64,000 bases of DNA, from positions 39,682,001 through 39,746,000 of the forward strand of contig NC_087447.1 of NCBI RefSeq assembly GCF_036321535.1. The letters are read 5' to 3'. This DNA is from Camelus dromedarius (Eukaryota). The notes under the pieces were generated by a model. It worked only from the letters and a program-made list of their open reading frames with translations. It had not been told where the DNA came from and did not search any database. Shown here piece by piece: positions 63,802 through 64,000 of the stretch; positions within the stretch are counted from its first letter, which is position 1, and every line of letters starts with the position of its first letter. The translations under genes were made by a program, and so were the position numbers.

Positions 63802-64000
63802 CAGACCATGGCAGACTTAATGATGGTTCAACTTAATGGGTTTCCAAATTACCAAGATTGAAATGTGATACGCGATCAGAAGAAATCATACTTCAGATTT
63901 TAAATTCAGATCTTTTATTAGGCTAGTGATGTGTGGTTCCAAACTATCTCGCAATGCTGGGCAGCAATCACAAGAGGAAGCAACCAATACACTTATAGCC
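63802..64000 (-). mobile_element. MER47/Tigger5-type element, opposite orientation to the 8931-9406 copy, truncated by the window edge
   Basis: TA then cagaccatggcagacttaatgatggttcaactta...atacttcagattttaaatt...tctcgcaatgctgggcagc; the reverse complement matches 9265-9406 (gctgcccagcat, aattcaacattcgg). Confidence 0.75.

Larger units (their letters stand above)
31660..64000 (-). other. TEAD1: TEAD1 5' intron upstream of the first coding exon (continues beyond the window)
   Basis: The exon begins with a splice acceptor and no CpG-island promoter is seen in the window, so upstream non-coding exons probably lie outside it. Confidence 0.75.

Noticed and set aside
1..64000. The many 60-236 aa ORFs in the six-frame track
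   Set aside because: Apart from 31396-31626 they show no recognisable protein family, often start at GTG/TTG and overlap repeats or GC-rich patches. This is expected noise in mammalian intron DNA.
1..64000. Numerous TEAD MCAT hexamers (CATTCC/GGAATG) as evidence of autoregulation
   Set aside because: About 30 are expected by chance in 64 kb on two strands, and I see no clear excess by eye.
1..64000. CRISPR arrays, tRNA/rRNA/snRNA genes, operons or prokaryotic defence systems
   Set aside because: No regularly spaced repeats, no recognisable structural RNA gene and no gene-dense architecture; the DNA is clearly eutherian intron.

Overview
Mammalian (eutherian) genomic DNA lying entirely inside the TEAD1 (TEF-1) gene, which is transcribed on the minus strand. 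The only supportable coding sequence is one 256-nt exon (31659-31404, minus strand). It carries 54 nt of 5' leader, the non-AUG (AUU) initiator at 31605-31603 and 202 coding nt reaching into the TEA DNA-binding domain. About 31 kb below and 32 kb above it are intron, filled with mostly ancient repeats (MIR, L2, L3/CR1, L1M, MaLR LTR, hAT and Tigger DNA elements), microsatellites and a few candidate enhancers. One short, young, 5'-truncated L1 3' end resembles camelid L1, which is a tentative species hint. All other ORFs in the supplied track look like chance ORFs or decayed LINE fragments. I find no prokaryote-type system, RNA gene or CRISPR array, and no convincing new biological system. The most interesting signals are the ladder of in-frame start codons (UUG, AUU, AUG, AUG) with a downstream GC hairpin, a muscle-type motif cluster about 1 kb into the downstream intron, and a possibly chimeric young retro-insertion. 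Repeat names and boundaries were assigned by eye from remembered consensus sequences and are approximate.
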